Below are positions 37,674-49,356 of a stretch of 64,000 nt of DNA, piece by piece. The stretch's first letter is position 1; each line of letters starts with the position of its first letter. Where the stretch lies: contig JBGATF010000005.1 of assembly GCA_044229355.1 (NCBI GenBank), positions 309,161 through 373,160 of the forward strand, given 5' to 3'. The DNA is from Limisphaerales bacterium. GTDB taxonomy: Bacteria > Verrucomicrobiota > Verrucomicrobiia > Limisphaerales > JADJPG01. The notes beneath the pieces are model-generated. The model had not been told where the DNA came from, searched no databases, and was given only the letters and a program-made list of their open reading frames with translations. The translations under genes were made by a program, and so were the position numbers.

Positions 37674-39011
37674 ATGAATTTTGATCCCCGCGAACCCCGG
37701 GCGCCGCGCGAGCCGCGACCATTCCGCGACCCGGTCCAGCCCCGCGAGCGGCGCGAACCGTATGAGCCCCGCGAGCCGTATGAGCCGCGCGATTCGCGGG
37801 AGCCCCGTGAGCCGCGCAGCAAGGCGCCGCCGCCGGAGAGTGAGCACTGGCCCAAACCCTGGGTGCAAATGCGTTATTACAGCTTCCACCCCTGCATCTA
37901 CAAATCGATGCTGGGTCCCGCGTCCTCCGACGCCAAGGCGGGCGCGCTCGTGGCCGTTTATGACAAGGAGGGGAAGCCCTTCGGCACCGGCCTGTTTAAC
38001 CCGAAAGCCCGCGTGCCGCTTCGCGTGCTCGACCACGGCGAAACGCCAGTGGGGGAGGAAATGTTTCTACAGCGGATCGATCAGGCCATCGAGCTGCGGC
38101 TGAAGGCCCTGCATCTGGCCGATCAAACGGATGCGTTTCGCGTCATCCATTCCGACGGCGACGGGCTCAGCGGGTTGGTGGTCGACAAGTTTGGCGATGT
38201 GCTCAGCATCGAAGTGCACAGCCTGGGGATCTTTCAGCGCCTCCCGAAATGGTTGCCCCTTTTGCACGAACGGCTCGGCACGCGGCGGTTTGTTCTGGAG
38301 GTGGATGACAAAGTGGCGCGGCTCGAGGGAATCTTCCCGCGCACGCTGCCGTGCGATGCGGTCAAAACCGTCCGCATCCGCGAGAATGGAATTCGCTACG
38401 AGGTCGATTTCGAGCAAGGCCACAAGACCGGGTTCTTTTGCGATCAACGTGAGAACCGCCGCCGCCTCACCGAGTGGACTGCCGGGCGCTCGGTGCTGGA
38501 CCTCTGTTGCTACACTGGCGGCTTTGCCCTCTCTGCCGCCGTCAACGGGAATGCCGCCGACGTGACCGGGGTGGACCTCGACGAGAAAGCCGTCGAGTCG
38601 GCCCGCCGAAACGCCAATCTCAATCAGGTTCGCGTCGAATGGGTCCACTGCGACGCCTTCAGCTACTCCCGACAGGTCCAGCAGAACGGACGGTTGTGGG
38701 ATGTCGTGGTGCTCGATCCACCCAAGTTGATCTTCACGCGCGAGGACGAGGATGACGGGGCGCGAAAATACGAAGACTTGAATCGCCTGGCGCTCCGTCT
38801 GTTGCGGCCCGGAGGGACGTTCGTCACCTGCTCCTGTTCCGGGATGCTTTCCGCCGAGAACTTCGAACGCCTCGTCGTGAGGGCCGCGCACAAGGAACGC
38901 AAACGGCTGCAGTTTCTCGACCGCACCGGCCCGGGCGCCGATCACCCGGTCATGTCCAACTGCGCCGAGAGCCGCTATCTCAAGGTGCTCTGGGGACGGG
39001 TCTGCAATTAG
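37674..39011 (+). CDS. rlmI: RlmI-like class I SAM-dependent rRNA methyltransferase
   Basis: SDGDGLSGLVVD, GHKTGFFCDQRENR, VLDLCCYTGGF, LDPP, TCSCS, GADHP; ATG 37674. Confidence 0.85.
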   Translation: MNFDPREPRAPREPRPFRDPVQPRERREPYEPREPYEPRDSREPREPRSKAPPPESEHWPKPWVQMRYYSFHPCIYKSMLGPASSDAKAGALVAVYDKEGKPFGTGLFNPKARVPLRVLDHGETPVGEEMFLQRIDQAIELRLKALHLADQTDAFRVIHSDGDGLSGLVVDKFGDVLSIEVHSLGIFQRLPKWLPLLHERLGTRRFVLEVDDKVARLEGIFPRTLPCDAVKTVRIRENGIRYEVDFEQGHKTGFFCDQRENRRRLTEWTAGRSVLDLCCYTGGFALSAAVNGNAADVTGVDLDEKAVESARRNANLNQVRVEWVHCDAFSYSRQVQQNGRLWDVVVLDPPKLIFTREDEDDGARKYEDLNRLALRLLRPGGTFVTCSCSGMLSAENFERLVVRAAHKERKRLQFLDRTGPGADHPVMSNCAESRYLKVLWGRVCN

Positions 39012-39018
39012 ATTTAAC

Positions 39019-39043
39019 CGGAGTGCGGGCGTCCTCGCCCGCA
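39019..39043. repeat. REP-like hairpin related to family A, between convergent rlmI and topB
   Basis: CGGAGTGCGGGCGTCCTCGCCCGCA resembles 5583 CGGAGCGCGGGCGTCCGGCCCGCA. Confidence 0.55.
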
Positions 39044-39176
39044 GAGACTCAGAGTTGACTGGAGGGGGGGAGGCTCCCAGCCGTTGGCAATACCGCCATT
39101 GGCCTTTCACGAGTCCGGCGATCAAAAATCCCAAACCAAAAATCCTGCCGGTCTTCCGTTTCCTGGACGGAAGCCG

Positions 39177-41996
<2,820 letters not shown>

Positions 41997-42194
41997 GACG
42001 AGTCGCGGACTATTACAGGCGTCCGCCGGCCGATGCAACCCCATGTTTATCGTCGAGAGACCAACCCTCTTAACCTTCCGTTTCGCGGCGGAGAGCGTTG
42101 CGGGCGCGGAAAAACCGGGCTGCGGCGCGGTCGGAGGGGGGTGCCTGTCCGTGATTGACCCGACACGGCACGGGCGGCCTCTGGGTCCATAATT

Positions 42195-42521
42195 TTAACG
42201 TTTCAGCCCGCAATATTTCTTGAACTTCGAAGGCTCCACGGTATAAGTGAGGCCAATCACTCCACAGCAGGCGAGCGACTTATCGACGTAATGATATTGA
42301 TGCTTGGACTTCCAAAAAGGCTTCTTTAACTCCTCCTCACAAACCCTGACCCAGGCGACAAAACGGCGTAGCAGCTGGTCGCCGATCGGGGTGAACGCGG
42401 GGCAGGGGACGGCGGCGGGGAAGTTCAATCGGCGATTACTCTTTTCGCGGATAACAGCAATCAGTGCGGCGTGGTAGGCCCCGGGATTGTGTCGCCGCTG
42501 GTCAGCGCATGCGTTGACCAA
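42195..42521 (-). CDS. Hypothetical protein, lower GC
   Basis: Only sizeable ORF in the gap; protein-like composition with Cys and Lys; start uncertain. Confidence 0.4.
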   Translation of the reverse strand: MVNACADQRRHNPGAYHAALIAVIREKSNRRLNFPAAVPCPAFTPIGDQLLRRFVAWVRVCEEELKKPFWKSKHQYHYVDKSLACCGVIGLTYTVEPSKFKKYCGLKR

Positions 42522-42621
42522 CTTGGCGAATGGGCGGGCTGCCGTGGGCGTTTTTACGGCGGGGCAACTGCCAATGCCGACCCTAACACCGCTGAGAGGC
42601 TGGGTTTAACAACTCAGCCTC

Positions 42622-43839
42622 TCATCGTTTTTCGGGACGGTGCGCGGATCCACCGGCGATGCCTCGACACCACACCTGCTCGATCCGCGGCCATCCGTCT
42701 GAGTCCAATTCCAACAGGCAAAGGTCCCCCGGGGCCCCCGCCTCCAAACCTGCGGGCATCCCCACCAGGCGCGCGGGAACCTGACAGTAGTGATCCCAGC
42801 AACGAGCCCACGGCAACCCCAGCATCGTCGCCGCGCGCCGAATCCCGTCGATCGGCCGCAACGCGGAGCCAGCGAAGTTCGGTTGGTCCGGAAGCCGCAC
42901 CACTTGATCCGCCCCAACCTCCAGCGTCAGGCCCCCCAACCGGTAGGTCCCTGGCGGCGCGCCGGCCGCCGCCATCGCGTCGCTGACATAGAATATCCGT
43001 CCTGCGTCGATCAACCGATGGAACAGTCTGAACAGCGGGCCGGACACATGAATCGCATCCGGGATCAGGCCGATCGCCAGTCGTTCCTTCTCCGGGAGAT
43101 CCAGCACGCGCCACAGAATGTTGTCGTGCCGATCCAACGCGCGAGGACAGCCGTTCCCGAGGTGGGTAAACGCCTGCGCCCCGGCCTGGGCAGCTTCGCC
43201 GAGGCGTGCGGCTCCGGCGTCGGTGTGCCCCAGGCTGACGATCATGCCGGCCGCGACCGCCGCCCGGATGCACGCGAGAGATCCCGGCCGCTCCGGGGCC
43301 AGCGTCAGCAACACGCGATCCTCCCCCGCCGCCGTGCGGAGTTCGGCGATGTGGCGTTCGCTTGGATCCACCATCAAGGTCGCGGAGTGCGCCCCACGAA
43401 AGCCCGCCTCCGCGGAGAGAAAGGGCCCTTCGACGTGCCATCCCGCAATGGCGTGGCTCAGCTCCGACGACGCCTGGCGCAGGCGTCGCAGATGCCCCAG
43501 CCGCGCGATCAGCTTCGGCCAATCGTCGGTAATCAACGTGAGGAACCAGCGCGTGCAGCCGTCCCGCGCCAGCCCGCGCGCCGCCGTGATCAGGTCGTCC
43601 TCGGAGAGGCCGTCGCTCTGAAAGTCGACCCCGGCGTAGCCGTTGACCTGGAGATCCACGAGCGCCGGGGCGACATATCGCTCCCGCGCCGAAGCCACCG
43701 GGGCGGCGGCGGGCGAGCACGCGACGATCCGGCCGTCCGCCCAGCGCACGGACACGTATTCGCCGGTGGCGTAGTGCCGCGCGACCAGCTCGTGGTGGGG
43801 TTCGTTGGTCATGGCGATGGAGACCCGGGTCGGCGTCAC
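42622..43839 (-). CDS. nagA: N-acetylglucosamine-6-phosphate deacetylase
   Basis: DLQVNGYAG, HVEGPF, GAH, TLAPE, LGHT, THLGNG, DAIHV, SDA, AGS; start at GTG 43839 or ATG 43812. Confidence 0.88.
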   Translation of the reverse strand: MTPTRVSIAMTNEPHHELVARHYATGEYVSVRWADGRIVACSPAAAPVASARERYVAPALVDLQVNGYAGVDFQSDGLSEDDLITAARGLARDGCTRWFLTLITDDWPKLIARLGHLRRLRQASSELSHAIAGWHVEGPFLSAEAGFRGAHSATLMVDPSERHIAELRTAAGEDRVLLTLAPERPGSLACIRAAVAAGMIVSLGHTDAGAARLGEAAQAGAQAFTHLGNGCPRALDRHDNILWRVLDLPEKERLAIGLIPDAIHVSGPLFRLFHRLIDAGRIFYVSDAMAAAGAPPGTYRLGGLTLEVGADQVVRLPDQPNFAGSALRPIDGIRRAATMLGLPWARCWDHYCQVPARLVGMPAGLEAGAPGDLCLLELDSDGWPRIEQVWCRGIAGGSAHRPEKR

Positions 43840-44645
43840 GGGGTCGGAGCTTCCGGGGTGGGCGCGGCCGGGCGTTCTCTTTTTGTCTTCCGATAGACCG
43901 TGTCGAGCACGTTGCGCACGTATTGTTCATCCGTGATCGAGCCGATCGATTCCTGGGGGAAGGCGACTTTCTGTCGGAAATGCGCCGCGAGTTCGGCAAA
44001 GAGCTCGACTCGCGCCGATGGCTTGAGGCTGTCGCGCCGCGCCAGCGCTCGCACGGCCACGGCGGCCTCCTCGGCGGACACCCGCTGGCGCAGGCGGGCT
44101 TCGAGGTGGGGGTGTTCGCGGAAGGAGTTGAATTTGCCGGCCACGACGAGATCGACATTGGGCGCGGTTGGCCGCGGCAGGCGGACGACGACCGTGTTGG
44201 CGGCGAAATCCCCGAGCCGCTGGGCGCGCCGGCTGAGCACCGACGCGAGGCCGCCGACCAGGTAGAAGAACGGCAGCATGTCCACCGCCCGCAGCAGATT
44301 GCGGATCACGATCTGGTTAAACTTCAGGCGCAGCCCTTCCGCGTCGACCACGCGCAGGCGCATGATGCGCTTGCCCACCGTCTGCCCGCGCCAGCGCCAT
44401 TCAAAGTAGATGGAGTATCCCAGGGTGAGGACGAAATAGAGCAACAGATTCAAGGCGGCGATGAATTCCCCGCCAATCAGGCTGAGCACGCTGAGCAGTT
44501 TGCCGATCAGCATGGTGGCCCCCGCGAAGATGACGAAGTCCAGCAGCCACGCGATGCAGCGGGTGACTGGTCCGGCCAGCGCCTGGGAAAACACCACTCC
44601 CTCAGGCGTGCGAATCTGCAGGGTCTGGGTGCGTTGGCCGGCCAT
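43836..44645 (-). CDS. RDD family membrane protein
   Basis: TPEGV, R..A.LLD, GQTVGK, RNLLR.VD, QRLGDFAANTVVV. Confidence 0.9.
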   Translation of the reverse strand: MAGQRTQTLQIRTPEGVVFSQALAGPVTRCIAWLLDFVIFAGATMLIGKLLSVLSLIGGEFIAALNLLLYFVLTLGYSIYFEWRWRGQTVGKRIMRLRVVDAEGLRLKFNQIVIRNLLRAVDMLPFFYLVGGLASVLSRRAQRLGDFAANTVVVRLPRPTAPNVDLVVAGKFNSFREHPHLEARLRQRVSAEEAAVAVRALARRDSLKPSARVELFAELAAHFRQKVAFPQESIGSITDEQYVRNVLDTVYRKTKRERPAAPTPEAPTP

Positions 44646-44672
44646 GGATCGCAGGGGTGCTGGGTGGTGAAG

Positions 44673-45710
44673 TCAGGCGGGGCTGGTCTCGAGGTCAGCG
44701 GCGCGGCGATCGGCTTCCGCCGACCTGCCGCACTGGCTCAGGTAGGCGACGAACAACACGAGCTCGGTGCAGCCAAAGGCGATCTTCACTGAATAGGGAA
44801 TGACCGGCTGGTGATATTGGGAAAAGAACGCCTCGATCAGCCCGGCCCAAACCAGGAGCAGCGCAATCCCGAAGATGAGCGTCACCACGTCGCCCGAAAC
44901 GGCCCGCAGGCGCGCGCGAATCGGCTGGTTCTGGCCGCGCCCGATCAACGCGCGCGCCAGAATCAACCCGGCCTGTCCGCCCATCATCACCGCCGGAAGC
45001 TCGATCACGCCGTGCGGCAGCAGCCAGGCCAGCAGAAATTTCAATTGGCCGGCCAGGACGTAGTCGACGGCCACCACACCCAGGATGACCCCGTTGTAGA
45101 ACAGCAGGATGATCGTTCCCAGGCCGTAGGTCATGCCAAACGCCATGGCGCGGATGGAGACGGAGATGTTGTTCACCATGAGCTGGGCGGAGAAGGTCGA
45201 CATGGCGCCGGCTCCCGGGTGATCCGGGTTCGCCTCCTCGCGCGCCACGCGCTCGGCCGGATCGTTGAGATGGCTGGCAAACATCTGCGGCAGCACGTCG
45301 CCCTTCGCCTCGGGATCAAACGCCACCGCCAGACCGCCAAACAACGCCCCGGCGAGCGTGATGCCGAACGCCACCCAGAACGCGGCGGCATGGCGCCGAA
45401 ACGTGATCGGCAGGGTCTGCAAAAACCAGCGCGCCAGCGACAGCCGCGGCGAGCGCCGGCGGGTCTCGTGGATCTCGCCATAGGCCCGGGCCACGAGGGT
45501 CTCCAGAAAGCGCCGCGTCTCCGGCTCGGCCGCAAAGCCCGCCAGCTTGGCCAGCCCGGCGGACGCCCGCTCGTAGAGGTAATGGAACCGGCGAAGCTCG
45601 TCGAGTGCCCGCACCCGATCCGGGCTCCGCTCGAGCTCGTCCAGCTGCCGCTCCAGCTCCACCCAGAAGGGCTGCTCCGTCGCCGCAAATCGTTGGAGAT
45701 CGACGATCAT
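44673..45710 (-). CDS. Stage II sporulation protein M (SpoIIM)-family membrane protein
   Basis: NNI.V, YNG..LG, LPHGVIEL, AGLIEAF. Confidence 0.88.
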   Translation of the reverse strand: MIVDLQRFAATEQPFWVELERQLDELERSPDRVRALDELRRFHYLYERASAGLAKLAGFAAEPETRRFLETLVARAYGEIHETRRRSPRLSLARWFLQTLPITFRRHAAAFWVAFGITLAGALFGGLAVAFDPEAKGDVLPQMFASHLNDPAERVAREEANPDHPGAGAMSTFSAQLMVNNISVSIRAMAFGMTYGLGTIILLFYNGVILGVVAVDYVLAGQLKFLLAWLLPHGVIELPAVMMGGQAGLILARALIGRGQNQPIRARLRAVSGDVVTLIFGIALLLVWAGLIEAFFSQYHQPVIPYSVKIAFGCTELVLFVAYLSQCGRSAEADRRAADLETSPA

Positions 45711-45717
45711 GGTTTCT

Positions 45718-47097
45718 TCAAATGAGCTGCCGCTGCTTCACGTTGAGGTATTGGCCGACCAACTCCGCCGCCAGCCGTTCGTTCTGCACCAGGGAATACC
45801 GCACGCCCCGGTGTTGCAGCGCCCGCTGCATCTCCTGCAGCCGCTGCCAGTGGAGGTGCCCGCCCAGATGCCGATAGAGGTCGTCCAGTTCCCGCACGTC
45901 CGCACCCGACGAGAATAACGGCGCCACGCCGGCCGGCTGGATCTGGTTCACGAGCACGAGGTGCTGGCGGGCCAGGAGCGTCATGTTCCGCACAAATCCC
46001 TCCGCCAGCACCGGGTCGTCCAGCGACGTCAGAAACACCAGCAGCGCGCGCCGGCGCAACCGCGTGCGCAGGAACGAGACGATCTCGTCGAAATCGGGCG
46101 ATACATTTTCCGCCTGCAGCGTGTAGAGCGCATCGCGGCAGGCCGCATAGTGGGCGTGTCCGTTGCGGGCCCGCAAAAAGTTCCCGGGCTGGCCGGTGAA
46201 GGTCACCAGGCCGAACAGGTCTCCCTGACGCTCGGCCGCCTGGGCGAGAACGAGGGCGGATTGGATGAATCGTTCCAGTGTGTCGGGCGCTCCCGGGGCC
46301 GGGCCGGCCGACGGAGCCGACGATCCTTCCGGTCCATCCGCGGCGGTCGCCGGCCGGGCCGAAAGTCGGGAGGCGTCGATCACGATGTAAACCTCCTGGG
46401 TTCGCTCAATCTGAAAGATCTTCGTGACGGGATGGTGCCGCTTGGCCGTCGCCTTCCAGTGGATCTCGTCGTAGCTGTCGCCCGGGATGTATTCGCGCAG
46501 CTTTTCAAAATCCCGGCCCTTGCCAATCTGGCGTTGCGCGTGCAGCCCCACGGTCCCGCGGTGAAGGAACAAGCCGGCCAACTGCCTGCGCTCGCGCTGC
46601 AGGTCGGGATAGATGCGCAGCTCGCACGACACGGGCAGCCACCGGCGCACTCCCCAAAAGCCCAGACGGGAGGGCCCCTCGATGCGCGCGCGCCGAATTT
46701 GAAAGCGGCCGCGCCGCACGCCCTCAACCGGCCACGCCACCGCCGACCGCTCGGTGGCGGCGGGCAGGCGCACCGTGCGTTCCTCGTCGGCCGGGCGCAA
46801 CGCCCGCGGCCACTCAAGCCCGATTCGCAACGGCAGCGAACGGCCGGCGGGATTGACGATCGACAACTCGAGCGACGCGGCGCGGTGCACCGAGAGGCGC
46901 ACGACGCCCGGCAGCGCCACGGTGATCTCCGCCAGCCGGCCCGCGGCGAGCCCGGCGTCCAACGCCGCTGTCAGGAGGAATCCCAGGATCAGCAGCACGG
47001 TCAACAGCTGCGCCTCGCGGTGGACCGCGCCGAGGGCGGAAAACGGCAGCACCACCACGGCGAACCACAGCAGAAACTTTCGGGTGGGCACAATCAT
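45718..47097 (-). CDS. DUF58 domain protein
   Basis: GRDFEKLREYIPGD...IHWKATAKR, IDASR. Confidence 0.9.
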   Translation of the reverse strand: MIVPTRKFLLWFAVVVLPFSALGAVHREAQLLTVLLILGFLLTAALDAGLAAGRLAEITVALPGVVRLSVHRAASLELSIVNPAGRSLPLRIGLEWPRALRPADEERTVRLPAATERSAVAWPVEGVRRGRFQIRRARIEGPSRLGFWGVRRWLPVSCELRIYPDLQRERRQLAGLFLHRGTVGLHAQRQIGKGRDFEKLREYIPGDSYDEIHWKATAKRHHPVTKIFQIERTQEVYIVIDASRLSARPATAADGPEGSSAPSAGPAPGAPDTLERFIQSALVLAQAAERQGDLFGLVTFTGQPGNFLRARNGHAHYAACRDALYTLQAENVSPDFDEIVSFLRTRLRRRALLVFLTSLDDPVLAEGFVRNMTLLARQHLVLVNQIQPAGVAPLFSSGADVRELDDLYRHLGGHLHWQRLQEMQRALQHRGVRYSLVQNERLAAELVGQYLNVKQRQLI

Positions 47098-47128
47098 GAA
47101 CGGGCGGGTCGGCGCGGCCGTGGACGGA

Positions 47129-48088
47129 TCAGCGCGGCACCGGGATCTGTTGGAGAATGCCTTGAATGACCTCGGCGATCGTCAGGCCTTCAATCTCCAC
47201 TTCGGGCCGCAGGATGAGCCGGTGCTCCAGGACCGGACCGGCCATGGCCCGGACGTCATCCGGCGTGACGTAGTCGCGCCGTTGCAGGGCGGCTTGCGCC
47301 CGGCTCGCCAGCAGCAACGCCTGGGTGGCCCGCGGGCCCGCGCCGACCAGGACGTTTTCCCCGGCGCGGGTGGCCCGCACCAGGTCAACCACGTAGCCCA
47401 CCAGTTCCTCGCGCACCGTGATCTGCTGCAGCTCGGCCCGCAGCGTGGCCAGATCCTCCGCCTGGACCACCGCGCTCACGTGGCCGCCGGCCAGCGTCGC
47501 CTCCGGCGAGTCCGCGCCGAGGGTCCGCTGCGCCAGCGCAAATTCCTCGTCGCGCGCCGGCGCGTTCATCGTGATCTTTAACATGAAGCGATCCTTCTGC
47601 GCCTCGGGCAGCGGATAGGTGCCCTCATACTCGATCGGGTTTTGCGTGGCGAACACGGTGAAGGTCGGGGGCAGGGCATGGGTGTCCCGATCAATGCTGA
47701 CCAGCCGCTCCTGCATGGCCTGCAACAACGCCGACTGCGTTTTGGCCGGCGCGCGGTTGATCTCGTCCGCGAGCAGGAACGACGTGAAGATCGGCCCGCG
47801 GATCAGGGTGAACTCGTTCCGCTGCAGGTTGTAGATATTTGTCCCGGTGATGTCGGCCGGCATGAGGTCCGGCGTGAACTGGATGCGCGCGAACGGGCAG
47901 CCGAGCACCCGCGCCAGCGTGCGGACCAGGAGGGTTTTCGCCACGCCCGGCACCCCCTCAATCAGGGCATGCTGGTTGGTGAAGACGCAGATCAGGCACC
48001 GGTCGATGACGTCGGCCTGGCCGATGATGACTTTGCCGATCTCGGCGCGGGCGGCGGCGAGAACATCCTTGAGGTGGTCGGTGCTCAT
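47129..48088 (-). CDS. moxR: MoxR-family AAA+ ATPase
   Basis: EGVPGVAKT, RIQFTPDLMPADITG, DEINRAPAKTQSALL, ATQNPIEYEGTYPLPEAQ. Confidence 0.95.
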   Translation of the reverse strand: MSTDHLKDVLAAARAEIGKVIIGQADVIDRCLICVFTNQHALIEGVPGVAKTLLVRTLARVLGCPFARIQFTPDLMPADITGTNIYNLQRNEFTLIRGPIFTSFLLADEINRAPAKTQSALLQAMQERLVSIDRDTHALPPTFTVFATQNPIEYEGTYPLPEAQKDRFMLKITMNAPARDEEFALAQRTLGADSPEATLAGGHVSAVVQAEDLATLRAELQQITVREELVGYVVDLVRATRAGENVLVGAGPRATQALLLASRAQAALQRRDYVTPDDVRAMAGPVLEHRLILRPEVEIEGLTIAEVIQGILQQIPVPR

Positions 48089-49356
48089 GTTCGTTTGGCG
48101 AGGATTTCGCAGAAGCGTCGATAGGTCGCGACCGGCTGGCGCCGGCGGGGTTCCAGGGCGTTTTGTTCGTCAATGAGCTGCTGCATGTCCTCCAGGCGGG
48201 CCCGCGGCGGCTTCCGCCCGGACGTGGACGCGACCGTCAGCTTCCATTGCTCGAGGCAGGTCTTGAGGATGTCGGCCGGTGCGATGTGGCGCCGGAGCAG
48301 GTTGACGAACCCTTCGGTGGAATCGCGGCCCGCGACCTGATGCGAGTTCTCGGCGCCCTGGTCCTCGTCGGAACTCGGCAGAAACGTGGCGGCGCTTTGC
48401 CAGATGAAAAGGAGCGCGAGTATCACGAGAGCCGCGGCCAGGGCGTGCAGGTGATACCGCCGGGCCATGGCCGCGATGCCGGGGTCTCCAGCGGTCCCAA
48501 GATGGGTTTCGTCGAAGACGACCCGCGCGCGCCCGCCCACCGTCCAGGTGAGAAGAGCCGGCTGTCGATCCCGCCGCAGCGCTTCGTTGCTGAACGGGTA
48601 GGCGTCGGCGACGAGCACGAGGCTGCCCTTGCCGAAGGCTCGCTCCAGCACCACCGGCCATTCGTTGGTTCCGTCCACACGCTGATAAACGGTTCGCCAG
48701 GCGGGGTTCGCCGGCTCGAAGTAGCGCGCACTGTGAATGGCCAGCTCGCGGGGCAGCGCGCTTTCCCCGGGGCGCGGATCCCCCAGCCGACGCGCGCGGG
48801 CGGGTTCATAGGCGCCGCTCCCGCTGGCGCCGCGCGCCAAGGTCTCGTGCTTGAAGGCGACTTCCCACCGTTCTTCCACGGAGACTTCCGCCTCCCTCAC
48901 CCGGGGCCCCAGTCCCGCCCGACGCGCCGGTGGCCCGTTCGTCCCCGACGATCCCCGGCCAGCCATCGTGGAACGGCCGGCCCCGAACCGATTGGTGCGC
49001 GGCGCGGCAAACTCCGGCTGCAAGGCGAAAACCAGGCGGCCGCCGGTTCGGAGAAAGCGCTCAAAGACTTGGAACTGGTTGGTGGTGAAGGCGAGCTCCC
49101 CCGCACCGGAGCCAAGATGGAGCAGCGCTGTCCCGCGACCGTCATCGAGGCGCTCCAACGGTCGGAAGTTGCGTTCCACCTGGGTCAGCTCCGCCAGGCT
49201 GTCGTGCAGCGCACGCGCCCCCAACGGATCCGACCGCAGGGTCGAATACGGCGGATACACGTCGCCCGCCTCGAAACGAAGGTTGAACAGATGCAGCAGT
49301 CCGCCGACAAACAACAGGCCCAGCAAAATCACCAGGAGCGCAGCCGCGTTTTTCAT
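48085..49356 (-). CDS. DUF4350-like membrane-anchored protein
   Basis: N-terminal TM, YST....P.G..AL, G.G.LVL, FSN..L, VVFDETH, second TM; standard position in MoxR loci; ATG 49356. Confidence 0.8.
   Translation of the reverse strand: MKNAAALLVILLGLLFVGGLLHLFNLRFEAGDVYPPYSTLRSDPLGARALHDSLAELTQVERNFRPLERLDDGRGTALLHLGSGAGELAFTTNQFQVFERFLRTGGRLVFALQPEFAAPRTNRFGAGRSTMAGRGSSGTNGPPARRAGLGPRVREAEVSVEERWEVAFKHETLARGASGSGAYEPARARRLGDPRPGESALPRELAIHSARYFEPANPAWRTVYQRVDGTNEWPVVLERAFGKGSLVLVADAYPFSNEALRRDRQPALLTWTVGGRARVVFDETHLGTAGDPGIAAMARRYHLHALAAALVILALLFIWQSAATFLPSSDEDQGAENSHQVAGRDSTEGFVNLLRRHIAPADILKTCLEQWKLTVASTSGRKPPRARLEDMQQLIDEQNALEPRRRQPVATYRRFCEILAKRT

Noticed and set aside
37121-37855. N-terminal extension of CotH paralog B with GSR repeats
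   Set aside because: Runs through the promoter, a REP and the antisense of the rlmI repeat; the signal peptide starts at 37120
44673-45710. SpoIIM and CotH as evidence of sporulation
   Set aside because: Both families are widespread in non-sporulating bacteria and no other sporulation genes are present
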